Shown: one piece after another, positions 48,558 through 57,688 of the stretch | How the letters are laid out: the number at the start of each line of letters is the position of its first letter | How positions within the stretch are numbered: the stretch's first letter is position 1 | Source: a virus | Taxonomy: Duplodnaviria > Caudoviricetes | Strand: one strand, 5' to 3' | IMG/VR virus record: IMGVR_UViG_3300020577_007160 | Coordinates: 64,001-128,000 of that record | Length of the DNA stretch: 64,000 nt | Translations under genes and position numbers: made by a program | Notes under the pieces: generated by a model | What the model saw: the letters and a program-made list of their open reading frames with translations, nothing else | What the model was told of the DNA's origin: nothing | Databases searched by the model: none

Positions 48558-49973
48558 TTAAACTGAAATATGCCTTTTAACATCACAAATTTCCATTACA
48601 TCTTCTGTTGTAAATTTTACAGAATTTCTTGAACAACTAAAATCCCGTCCAACCTTTGTTGGACATCCGTCTAAAGATGTTAATTTGTTTGTGCTACAAC
48701 TAAAATCCCCTCCAACTTTTACAGGGCATCCTTTTAATGTTTTTAAATTATTATTGGAACAATTAAATGTTCTCCCAATTTCCTTCGGACATCCTTTTAA
48801 GGATGTTAGATTATTGCTATAACAATTAAAATTTCCTCGTATTTTTTCTGGACATCCTTCTAAGGATTCTAATTTATTAAAAGAACAGTTAAAATTTTTA
48901 CCAACTTTTGTTGGAGATCCGTCTAAGGATGTTAGACTGTTGCTAGAACAATCAAATGTTCCTCCAACCTTTACTGAATATGCTTCTAAAGATATTAGTC
49001 TAACATTAAAAGAACATTCAAAATTTCCTCCAACTTCCTTTGGACTTCCGTCTAGTGACATTAATAAATTAGTATTACATTTAAAATCACCCCCAACTCT
49101 CGTTGGAGATCCGTCTAAGGATGTCAACTTGCTACCAGAACAATTAAAATTCCCAGTAACAGTTCCGAATCTGCCTATTTCAAGAATTGATTTTATATTG
49201 ATATTTGAAATATCAACATCCCCGTCAACATCTATTAATCCTTGAGAATTAATTTTGTATGTCCCTTTAATTCGAATTTCTAAATTTTCTTCTTTTGATA
49301 ATTCTTTTACTTTAAATAATTCTCTTGGTAAACCAACTTCTGAACACGGAATCTCATTATCTATAGCATCGTAACACTCTAGTCTTCCACTAGAATAAAC
49401 AGCTACTGCTATTTTGTATAATGGATTATCTGAGGACAGAGTTTTGTTGAAAACAAAATAAAATGTTGTGGATTCTTTTCTGTAACGTTTAAAATAATTT
49501 TTACTATCAGTAGCTGAAATACACCATTTTGTGTTTGAACCATATTGAATTGCTGCCTGTTCGTCTTTGATCAATAGGACAAGATATTTATCATTATTCA
49601 ATACTACTTCTGAACCTTTGTTCTTTATTAATTTTGTTTCTTCTGATTTTGACATTTTATCAGAATTAGAGTCTAAATATTCTTTAAATGAAGAATAAGT
49701 CTTAAATTGATTTATATCTTTGATATCAATTAGATTTTTAGATGAAAGTTTATCGAATAATTCAATATTTGATTTTAATTCTTCAAAATCTAGATCTTCA
49801 TTCTGAAGATAGAACTTACATATCTTTTCAATATATTTATAAGTTTTAGAAGTATCAATTGATATTAGTTCATCAAATACTTCAGAACCAATCTTATTTG
49901 AGTATAATTTTCTTGCATTCGCAAGAGACTCAAATAATTGGTTTTCTAATATTTGTATTCTTCTGAGTAGCAT
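48558..49973 (-). CDS. Tagged LRR-like paralog, 8 repeats
   Basis: MLLRRIQILENQLFES; eight full repeats plus a C-terminal cap. Confidence 0.85.
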   Translation of the reverse strand: MLLRRIQILENQLFESLANARKLYSNKIGSEVFDELISIDTSKTYKYIEKICKFYLQNEDLDFEELKSNIELFDKLSSKNLIDIKDINQFKTYSSFKEYLDSNSDKMSKSEETKLIKNKGSEVVLNNDKYLVLLIKDEQAAIQYGSNTKWCISATDSKNYFKRYRKESTTFYFVFNKTLSSDNPLYKIAVAVYSSGRLECYDAIDNEIPCSEVGLPRELFKVKELSKEENLEIRIKGTYKINSQGLIDVDGDVDISNINIKSILEIGRFGTVTGNFNCSGSKLTSLDGSPTRVGGDFKCNTNLLMSLDGSPKEVGGNFECSFNVRLISLEAYSVKVGGTFDCSSNSLTSLDGSPTKVGKNFNCSFNKLESLEGCPEKIRGNFNCYSNNLTSLKGCPKEIGRTFNCSNNNLKTLKGCPVKVGGDFSCSTNKLTSLDGCPTKVGRDFSCSRNSVKFTTEDVMEICDVKRHISV

Positions 49974-49991
49974 TTTATACTGATGTTGTTT

Positions 49992-50023
49992 AAAATAAAA
50001 ATGGGGATTTGCAATAAATCCCC
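49992..50023 (-). terminator. Rho-independent terminator
   Basis: GGGGATTT/AAATCCCC stem plus T-tract. Confidence 0.65.
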
Positions 50024-50061
50024 TATATGAATTGTTATTTTAACATTCTTTTATTTCAATT

Positions 50062-50292
50062 CTAGTTTGGTTTTTCTTCCCGATTCTGAAGTGCTTTATT
50101 GAAGAACCATTTAAATTCACTCAATGGGAGATCTAATGCTTCATTATAAAGAAAATGAATATCAGTTTTCAATAAGTAAATCATATCAAGAATTGGATAC
50201 TTGAAATAACCAAAGTAAGGATTTAGAGCAACTTGGAGGAAATACATAAATCCATAATTATGTTTTTCTTCTAAGCTGCTATGAATAAAAAA
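50062..50292 (-). CDS. Tail assembly chaperone frameshift extension (GT-like)
   Basis: The -1 frame from slippery T TTT TTA (50286-50292) is open into ORF 50062..50247. Confidence 0.7.
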   Translation of the reverse strand, partial: FFIHSSLEEKHNYGFMYFLQVALNPYFGYFKYPILDMIYLLKTDIHFLYNEALDLPLSEFKWFFNKALQNREEKPN

Positions 50293-51083
50293 TTTGGTTC
50301 AATCGGAACAGAAATTTCTTTATCACAATACGTGCAAGATGCTTCTGTGAACAAACGATGACTTGGAAATTTATTGAATTCTCGAGAAACAATTTGCATA
50401 TCCCGAGCAGTCATTTCACTTATTAATTTTTCTCCAAACATTTTTCGGAGACTGTCAGGTAATTGTGTGCCATCTTCGGATTCGACTGAAACAAAACAAG
50501 AAGCAATTATTCGTTCCCCAAAGTCCGATTTAGCCGATGGAGAAAAATGTTTTTCATTTTTCAACATATCCCCTAAGGTTGGCATTCTGAACGTCATATA
50601 TTTCCAGACCTTACCTTTGAGACCAAGGTCTTCCATATTAGGTAAATTTATTTCTACACCATTGATGAGTTCAGCTAAAAATTCAGCATCTGGAGAAGGA
50701 CAGTCTTCTGGCAATTCAAGATCCTCTAAATTAATATCTAAAGATATTTCCTGTTGCCGTGCGCAGGAACAAACAGTTTTCAATCCTCGTATATCAGAAC
50801 TCAAATTGAAAACATGACCTGCTATCAACAAGTAAGAAACATCAATGAGAGATAAATTTTTAATTACATCTGGAAAATCACGACCAGTCATTGAACACGA
50901 TACTCCTCCAATATTATCCAATATTATTGAAAGAGTTTTAGCCAACCATCGTACTGGGTGTTCTTTACGATAATCATCATTGTTAATTTCTTTTAATTGA
51001 GCTACTTTCAAGGGTTTCAATTTAAAATCTTTGAGTAAAGTACCATTATTCAGTACTCCAACTCTGAGTTCATTTGTTATCAT
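50271..51083 (-). CDS. Tail assembly chaperone / gp26-like (Cys pairs)
   Basis: Between the tube and tape measure genes; CSC and CTYC; FRMPTLGD; ends at a slippery site. Confidence 0.7.
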   Translation of the reverse strand: MITNELRVGVLNNGTLLKDFKLKPLKVAQLKEINNDDYRKEHPVRWLAKTLSIILDNIGGVSCSMTGRDFPDVIKNLSLIDVSYLLIAGHVFNLSSDIRGLKTVCSCARQQEISLDINLEDLELPEDCPSPDAEFLAELINGVEINLPNMEDLGLKGKVWKYMTFRMPTLGDMLKNEKHFSPSAKSDFGERIIASCFVSVESEDGTQLPDSLRKMFGEKLISEMTARDMQIVSREFNKFPSHRLFTEASCTYCDKEISVPIEPNFLFIAA

Positions 51084-51111
51084 TCGTTAAAATCCTTATG
51101 TTAAAATACTA

Positions 51112-51603
51112 TTAATAATCATTATCACCAAGCGTCTTAACTTGTTCTACTGACCAAAAATCACAGGAACAAGAATACGTCATTTCAATATTTGAAGCAG
51201 AAGAATTATCATAAGATGGGTATTGTTCTGATTTGAAACAGAGACCAACCAAATAATATTTCAATACTTCTTCCCCATGATGCCACTTCGTGGCAACAGC
51301 ATCAAATTTTTGACCTGACTTAATGAAAGTGTCTACCATTTCTCTCATTTTTTTATCATTGTCACTACCATCAGCAACACGAGAAAGAGTAACATCTTCA
51401 TAATTAATAATTCCACCATGGAATTTGTACTTCAGTCCTACCCCACCGTCAGTGACTTCTGTTGTTTCAACAGTGCGAGTCAATCCATCTAATTTTTGAA
51501 AATTGGGAAATTGCATTCCAGAATCAACAATTTCTAATGTGAAATTATTCGCTGTAAGCGGATGTCTTGGCTGTTCTTTTGGTCCAACTATCGGCTCTGC
51601 CAT
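51112..51603 (-). CDS. Tail tube protein (gp19-like)
   Basis: PL...NF.LEI, FQKLDGL, DGG...K..G...YEDVTLSR, IE...SCD. Confidence 0.85.
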   Translation of the reverse strand: MAEPIVGPKEQPRHPLTANNFTLEIVDSGMQFPNFQKLDGLTRTVETTEVTDGGVGLKYKFHGGIINYEDVTLSRVADGSDNDKKMREMVDTFIKSGQKFDAVATKWHHGEEVLKYYLVGLCFKSEQYPSYDNSSASNIEMTYSCSCDFWSVEQVKTLGDNDY

Positions 51604-51902
51604 TTTTGTATTCCTTTATTTTTGTATAAAACATCTATATATTTTTCTGGATAACGTAAATACATAGGATCTGTATTTATCAAAGTATTTTCGAGTTGAC
51701 TAAATTGATTACGAGTTAGAATAAACATATCATATTTTTCATTAAATGCTGTATAACCAAATTGTTTGTCTATGTATTTTAATATAAAAGTTCGATCAGT
51801 TCTAAAATAGACATAATTAGAATTATAGATCGGAGTAGGAATACTGGATTCTTTTATCCCAAGTTTTCTTTCAAGAATTCTGATTCTTTGTTCAACGTTC
51901 AT
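51588..51902 (-). CDS. Tagged hypothetical protein
   Basis: MNVEQRIRILERKLGIKES. Confidence 0.72.
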   Translation of the reverse strand: MNVEQRIRILERKLGIKESSIPTPIYNSNYVYFRTDRTFILKYIDKQFGYTAFNEKYDMFILTRNQFSQLENTLINTDPMYLRYPEKYIDVLYKNKGIQKWQSR

Positions 51903-52233
51903 AACTATATGAAATATATTTCTTATAATTCTGAAAAATTACATTTTCTAGTCTGTACATCAATGCATTTATTTCATCCCTATCAAGGGAATATTCATCC
52001 TGAAGATACTCTTTTATTTTAGATTCAGACCGTCTCAAGATAACATTATTCCATTTTCCATTTCTATCAATTATGTCAGAAATATAATATCCAGTAATTT
52101 CTTTATAATTATTTATAATTTCAAAAACAACTTGTTGAGTTTTTTGAAAACTAAGAATATTTTGTTCAGTTAATTTTCGTTGCTTTATTCCAAGTTTGTT
52201 CTCAAGAATTCTAATTCTTTGTTCGATATTCAT
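51892..52233 (-). CDS. Tagged hypothetical protein
   Basis: MNIEQRIRILENKLGIKQRKLTE. Confidence 0.72.
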   Translation of the reverse strand: MNIEQRIRILENKLGIKQRKLTEQNILSFQKTQQVVFEIINNYKEITGYYISDIIDRNGKWNNVILRRSESKIKEYLQDEYSLDRDEINALMYRLENVIFQNYKKYISYSYER

Positions 52234-52312
52234 GATTTTATATCAATCCTTTAATATTTGTAATCTTTCAAGATTTTCAACAATTTTCTCTATAATCTAG
52301 AGATATAATTAT

Positions 52313-52603
52313 TTATTCAAAATCTTCTTTAAATTGAATCATATCAAACTTAGTATCTTGTAATACTTTTATTATTTTATCTAGTTTACTGGTATCGGAA
52401 ATCCATTCAGTTCTTCTTCTCTTTGTTCTTTTTAAATCTTCATATAAGTGATTTAATTGTATTGAAGATGTAGCCAATGAATGCATTATTAATTCTTGAG
52501 CCGTATCTCTTTCATATGCTCCTTCTTTTGGGGAAGAAAATTCTCTGGATTCAGATGATACTCTTTCCTCAAGTTTCAAAATTCTACGTTCTAAGTTTGT
52601 CAT
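52313..52603 (-). CDS. Tagged hypothetical protein
   Basis: Start MTNLERRILKLEERVSSES at 52603. Confidence 0.72.
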   Translation of the reverse strand: MTNLERRILKLEERVSSESREFSSPKEGAYERDTAQELIMHSLATSSIQLNHLYEDLKRTKRRRTEWISDTSKLDKIIKVLQDTKFDMIQFKEDFE

Positions 52604-52616
52604 TGTTTTATCCTTA

Positions 52617-52973
52617 TTATTTTCCAAATATCTTAGATTTAAATGAAAGAACTTTTTCTTTTACAAAATATTTTGCGATATTCTTTAGTTCTCTAGAAGA
52701 TAAATTTGTATTTTTATAGTCTTTCATTAACTCTATTACCGAGTATTCAATTGAAATTGAAAGATCAGACCTAAATTCTTTTAGATCCCAATAAAAATCA
52801 ATTGCATAAATTTGCCTTCTTTTGTCAATGCAACCTGAATTATTTACTTCCCAACCATAAATTAAAAACTGATTTTCTATTAGACGATTGAGTTGAGAAC
52901 CTAAATCTTCTAAATTAGTTTCAGAATGAAACTTTTCCTCAAGTTTCGAAATTCTACGTTCTAAATTTGTCAT
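52617..52973 (-). CDS. Tagged hypothetical protein
   Basis: MTNLERRISKLEEKFHSE. Confidence 0.72.
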   Translation of the reverse strand: MTNLERRISKLEEKFHSETNLEDLGSQLNRLIENQFLIYGWEVNNSGCIDKRRQIYAIDFYWDLKEFRSDLSISIEYSVIELMKDYKNTNLSSRELKNIAKYFVKEKVLSFKSKIFGK

Positions 52974-52977
52974 TATT

Positions 52978-54369
52978 TTATCCTATTATCTGAACATCAA
53001 ACTCATTTGTGGACGGTGCTACTGAAAACTTAAATGTCATCGTATTGGTAGTTGTTGATTCATTTGCTACAATAACCTGATCATAAGGGGAAACAACCCT
53101 ACGCACAGAAGATGTTACTCTACGAGTTCCTAGGTTGTGAGTTACGACAATATTTGTAGTTGAACCATCACCAATTTGAGCATTAAATATTCTTGTTCTA
53201 TATGGGGATTTAGTTTGAAGAGCATCCCCTGATATTTCTATTGTTACATCATCAACAACAACATCTAACGTATTTCCAGTTTTGGAAAGAGCAGCACCTG
53301 CTGTAATCTGACCTGCACCAGAAAATTGAATAAATGTTAATGATGTTGTATTTAATGTTATTGGAGCATTCGTAGAAAGTACCCACGATGAGTCAGCCCA
53401 AGTAGACCCTTCATTTATGAAAACATAAGATCCTGGAGCAGCATCAGCAGAAGAATCAAAATCAACTGCACGAGTTAAAACAAATGGATTAGAACCATCA
53501 CCAACAGTTGTAACAATATAAATACCATTATCTGCACCAGTGGATTGATTCTTAACTAAAATTCTATCATTTACTGCTAGATTAGTTACTCCATCAATTC
53601 CGGTATCATTGATGCTTCCATTGGCAGAAGCAGTCAATACATTGCTACTGCGAGTAGCAGATAAATTAGCAGTTGTTGCTACTCTTGATGCATCCTTAAA
53701 TACTAATCCTTGCTTGGTTGCATCAACATAATCCTTTGTTGCTGCATCAGAACCTACGCTAGGAGCAGCCAATGATGTTATACGCTGCGAATTGAAGGAA
53801 ACTGCACTCGTGGGTGCAGCCATCTGATCCAGACGACTAGTACGAACCTGAGTATCAAAATCCGATATCGTAGACGCAGTCTGAGATCCAGTATGGTTTG
53901 CTCTTGACAGGTAATATGATGCTGCCTGTGAATTCAGATTCGTAGCATTAGTGGCAGTAGATGCTGTTCCAGTTAAATTAGCAGTTATTGTTCCTGCTGA
54001 AAAATTACCAGAACCATCACGTTTGACAATTGCACCATTCGTATTGGCATCAGTTGCTCCATCTAATTTTGTTTTATCTGCTGCGGACATTGATCCTGGA
54101 TCCGACGTTGAAGCAGCAGATATTGTTATATTTGGAGTTGATCCCCCACTAGAAGCAATTGGAGCAGATGCAGTTACGGCTGTTACTGTTGATGGAGATC
54201 CAGAACTAACCCACGTACTACCATTATAGTAGTACATTTGATTTGTTCCCGTATCATAGTATACCTGACCAGTGACAGGACTAGATGGAGGTGATGCTAA
54301 ATTTTGAATTCTCGCATTTTGAAGTTCGTTTTTAACGAGATCAATAGAAGAAAGAAATGGTATTGACAT
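52978..54369 (-). CDS. Fibre/decoration structural protein
   Basis: GQVYYDT, MSAADKTKLDG, RANHTG, DAATKDYVD, DRILVKNQ...NGIY, THNLG. Confidence 0.78.
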   Translation of the reverse strand: MSIPFLSSIDLVKNELQNARIQNLASPPSSPVTGQVYYDTGTNQMYYYNGSTWVSSGSPSTVTAVTASAPIASSGGSTPNITISAASTSDPGSMSAADKTKLDGATDANTNGAIVKRDGSGNFSAGTITANLTGTASTATNATNLNSQAASYYLSRANHTGSQTASTISDFDTQVRTSRLDQMAAPTSAVSFNSQRITSLAAPSVGSDAATKDYVDATKQGLVFKDASRVATTANLSATRSSNVLTASANGSINDTGIDGVTNLAVNDRILVKNQSTGADNGIYIVTTVGDGSNPFVLTRAVDFDSSADAAPGSYVFINEGSTWADSSWVLSTNAPITLNTTSLTFIQFSGAGQITAGAALSKTGNTLDVVVDDVTIEISGDALQTKSPYRTRIFNAQIGDGSTTNIVVTHNLGTRRVTSSVRRVVSPYDQVIVANESTTTNTMTFKFSVAPSTNEFDVQIIG

Positions 54370-54378
54370 AATTTTATA

Positions 54379-54870
54379 TTAACTTAAATATGCATTTCCT
54401 GCGAAGGAACTAGAAAACGTAACTACAGCCTGATTCGCATTCGTATGAGTTACCTGTCCATAAACTTTTGTACCAGAAGAATCAAATACTGCAACTGCAG
54501 GTCTATAACCAAGATTATGAGTTATTGTCCAAGTAGAATTAGGAACAGATTGACTATGAGAATACGTGAAATCAATTCCAGATTTATTGGTTATTTTTGA
54601 CCAGTCTACCTGTTTTTTCCCGCCAGATTCTCCAGCAAAAAATCCGTCAATTACTGCTTTGTTATAATAATTAGAAAGATCTATTCCCCCTGCAATTATG
54701 GCTTCTAATTTTTGAGAGGAATAAGAACGATCATTTCTTATATTAACGTCGTCAATCATTTGACGTGGATCGATCACATCATACCTGTCCTGAGGATCAA
54801 ACGGAGAATTAGGACTTTTATTGAAAATATCCAAATTCTGATCTGTAGACCGTTCGTTGAATACTACCAT
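54379..54870 (-). CDS. Small fibre-associated structural protein
   Basis: W.ITHNLG..P.V.V.D..G...F...FAG.AYL C-terminal module. Confidence 0.65.
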   Translation of the reverse strand: MVVFNERSTDQNLDIFNKSPNSPFDPQDRYDVIDPRQMIDDVNIRNDRSYSSQKLEAIIAGGIDLSNYYNKAVIDGFFAGESGGKKQVDWSKITNKSGIDFTYSHSQSVPNSTWTITHNLGYRPAVAVFDSSGTKVYGQVTHTNANQAVVTFSSSFAGNAYLS

Positions 54871-54903
54871 TTTATTGCTTAGTAAATATCTTGTGCTAAA
54901 TTC

Positions 54904-55128
54904 TCAAATGAGAATTAATTCGATATCTGAAATAAGTTCTGAAACACGAGAATCTAATTTAAAAATTCTTAATTCCCCTTTATACTCTTTTTTAAGAAGA
55001 ACTAATTTTTTGTAAAATTCATCTAATCTTTCATACTCATCATCTAACGCTCCGTTGCCCTCGTTGATTTTATTATTTTTACTAACTTTCGATTCTAAAA
55101 ATCGAATTCTACTTTCAATTGAATTCAT
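54904..55128 (-). CDS. Tagged hypothetical protein
   Basis: MNSIESRIRFLESKVSKNNKINEG. Confidence 0.7.
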   Translation of the reverse strand: MNSIESRIRFLESKVSKNNKINEGNGALDDEYERLDEFYKKLVLLKKEYKGELRIFKLDSRVSELISDIELILI

Positions 55129-55129
55129 C

Positions 55130-55693
55130 TTAATCCTGTTTTATCGTTAATTTAAAATACAATTTTGTACCAGTAAGAATTGACTTTGAAGACATATCAT
55201 CTTTCGTGACAAAAATTCCAACCAATACTCTTGTATCTTTATAACTCTGAATATTCAGATTTATTTCCTTCAATTGAGCCATTGCAATAACTTCTGTTCC
55301 ACGTTTTACTGTTTTATAATCTGTTGCTGCAACATCAATATACCCTGCGAAGTCTTCCCAGTCTAAACTCGCACCCATGTCAAACTTAGTGTTGATTGCT
55401 CCTGAAACATAAGTTGTGTCTGATGGAGTAAAGAATAACAGAGATCCTGGAATTTTATGGGGCGTAGTGACAGTATTGGCACTTTGTTCAAAAATATGGA
55501 GTTGTTTTATTTGAAACGTTCCCCCATAACGAATTGATGCACCATTGAATAACATTGCTTCTGCAGCAATTCGATCGGGTTCTAGGGTTATGTTTCCAAC
55601 ATATTCATATGAACTATCAATATGAACAATCATCCTCCCAAATTTTCCACGGTAATTCCTGGCATACCCTTCGTTGTTTTCTGTTGCTGACAT
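55130..55693 (-). CDS. Putative structural protein
   Basis: 187 aa in the fibre cluster. Confidence 0.55.
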   Translation of the reverse strand: MSATENNEGYARNYRGKFGRMIVHIDSSYEYVGNITLEPDRIAAEAMLFNGASIRYGGTFQIKQLHIFEQSANTVTTPHKIPGSLLFFTPSDTTYVSGAINTKFDMGASLDWEDFAGYIDVAATDYKTVKRGTEVIAMAQLKEINLNIQSYKDTRVLVGIFVTKDDMSSKSILTGTKLYFKLTIKQD

Positions 55694-55696
55694 AAT

Positions 55697-57145
55697 TTAA
55701 CTTAGTGCAATAGGAATTATTCCGGCTTGAACTTCTTTACCATAGGTATCACACCTATCAATATTTATATAACCATAAGATAATGATAATGGTGGTTGGA
55801 TTGCCATAGGTAGATTATGCTTAACTTTTATTTCAATATAGTCTCCGAGTTCCAAAACAATCCGATCTGTACCCTGACATGAAGACCGAAAGTGATAATT
55901 GTTATCGGGTTGTAATCCTGTAATTACGCCAATATCATAATCAAGAACAGAATATTGGAGACCATTACGAAATAACCCATACCTAATATTGTATTCTGTT
56001 CCTGTTCCTAATCCATCATTACCATAATCAAAAACATAGAAAAAACTAATAGTATATATTCCAGGAACCTGTGGATAAAATTTCCATTTTGTAGAAGTCT
56101 TATAAACAAGGTCTCCACGAATTACTTCAACATAATTGAATAATAGAGTACTCCAAGCACCAAAATTAAATGTTTGAGCAGGATTAGCAATCCAACGGAC
56201 ATTAACTCCCATATCAAAGAAATATTCTTCTGGAGGAAAGTTCAAAATATCCCAATGAATTGTTCCAATTTCTGTTAATAATTCTCCTATATCTTGTTCA
56301 CTATTAAGAACAAGATAATCATCATAATTCATGAACCTTCTTCCTTTAAAATAAAGGATTTGCCCCTCAACATAAAATCCACTAATAACATCAAAATTAT
56401 CATGAGAATGAGAAAATTTTCTCAATACTTCCAAGTAATTTACTATAGCAGATTTAAACTTGTTGAATTCTATTTCAGATAATAATTCAGTATGAGTATG
56501 TTCCCTAGGGGGAAACTGAGAAGGTACGTTCTTTATATCTTGATATGCTACTGGGATTTGATTTCCTACTGAACCATCAGGATTTATATAAGAAGACTTT
56601 CTCATATAATTTTCCAGAATGGATGCTAATTGTTCCTGAGTTACTAAGTTCGATGGTAATTGTAATTTCTTGTCAGCAATTTGATATATCTTTATATCTA
56701 AAGAAGAAATAGTTAAAGCAATTGATTTAAATATTTCATGACTGAATGCTAAATTAAAATGATCTGCTTTATTGAGGTAAATCTCAAAATCATATTCTTT
56801 TGTTAAATCAGTAGTATTACTAATTACTCCGCTTCCATTTAAATTATATTCTATTCTATCCAAAAGACCTTGATAAATTCCATTAATATATTTTAATACT
56901 AATAAAGCAATAGTAGTATTCGCAAGGTCTAATAACGCATTTATACTAAATACAAACTTTAATTTAACATGGTAATACCCACCTTCAAGACTCGAATAAA
57001 TAAAAGGTATATTCTGAAGTAAATTATTAGCATTATACGTTTGCTTCAATGGCAGAAATATGTCATGACCTTCTCCCAATCTCTTAGGAATAAGCATTGA
57101 CAAATTTGAATCAGAATAATTATGAACTAATAATTCGTCTCTCAT
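55697..57145 (-). CDS. Structural protein with a C-terminal C1q/TNF-like domain
   Basis: FPPREHTH, HSHDN; F....PGIY.ISF...IVLELGDYIEI. Confidence 0.6.
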   Translation of the reverse strand: MRDELLVHNYSDSNLSMLIPKRLGEGHDIFLPLKQTYNANNLLQNIPFIYSSLEGGYYHVKLKFVFSINALLDLANTTIALLVLKYINGIYQGLLDRIEYNLNGSGVISNTTDLTKEYDFEIYLNKADHFNLAFSHEIFKSIALTISSLDIKIYQIADKKLQLPSNLVTQEQLASILENYMRKSSYINPDGSVGNQIPVAYQDIKNVPSQFPPREHTHTELLSEIEFNKFKSAIVNYLEVLRKFSHSHDNFDVISGFYVEGQILYFKGRRFMNYDDYLVLNSEQDIGELLTEIGTIHWDILNFPPEEYFFDMGVNVRWIANPAQTFNFGAWSTLLFNYVEVIRGDLVYKTSTKWKFYPQVPGIYTISFFYVFDYGNDGLGTGTEYNIRYGLFRNGLQYSVLDYDIGVITGLQPDNNYHFRSSCQGTDRIVLELGDYIEIKVKHNLPMAIQPPLSLSYGYINIDRCDTYGKEVQAGIIPIALS

Positions 57146-57153
57146 GCTACCTT

Positions 57154-57190
57154 AAAATAAAAGGGATCTCCATTTTCAAGAAGATCCCTT
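57154..57190 (-). terminator. Rho-independent terminator
   Basis: AAGGGATCT/AGATCCCTT stem plus TTTATTTT. Confidence 0.7.
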
Positions 57191-57233
57191 GTCAATTAAC
57201 AATTGAAAATTAAAACTTCTAATAAAATAAGAA

Positions 57234-57668
57234 TTAATGTTGGTTTGCGTAATTAACAATGTAATCTGAAATCCAAGAACAATCTCCGAATCTTAGTCTC
57301 CACATCGCCATTTTTCCTAAATCCGCGGGAAATGGTTTATTAAAAACAAGAGCAATATCGGAACGACCACCAGAAGTCTTAAGAAGATAAGCTCCTCTGA
57401 ATAATTCACTTGGGGATTTTGAGGTTGCAATATCTTCGTCGAATAACATTTCAGAAACTCCGTCGATCCATTCATTTGGATTTCCCCCTGCTCCCAAAAG
57501 AACAATCCCCTTAGAATTAGATCTTTCCATAAGATTTTCAAATCTATAAAAGTTGATAGGTTTGATATTCCAATTGGAATAATTTCCTCGCAAAGTTTCT
57601 ACAACTTTTCTAGTATTAATTCCTATTTTTTCTTCTAATCTACTTATTCTGCGTTCTAAGTTTGTCAT
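57234..57668 (-). CDS. Tagged hypothetical protein
   Basis: MTNLERRISRLEEKIGINTRKVVE. Confidence 0.75.
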   Translation of the reverse strand: MTNLERRISRLEEKIGINTRKVVETLRGNYSNWNIKPINFYRFENLMERSNSKGIVLLGAGGNPNEWIDGVSEMLFDEDIATSKSPSELFRGAYLLKTSGGRSDIALVFNKPFPADLGKMAMWRLRFGDCSWISDYIVNYANQH

Positions 57669-57688
57669 CGGGTTTTAAAATTAAAAGA

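Noticed and set aside
32465-49973. Diversity-generating retroelement driving LRR variation
   Set aside because: No reverse transcriptase and no template/variable repeat pair with adenine-specific differences was seen in the window.
43184-57541. Short alternative-frame minus-strand ORFs (43184..43372, 46001..46207, 57317..57541)
   Set aside because: They are nested in longer supported genes and have no independent evidence.
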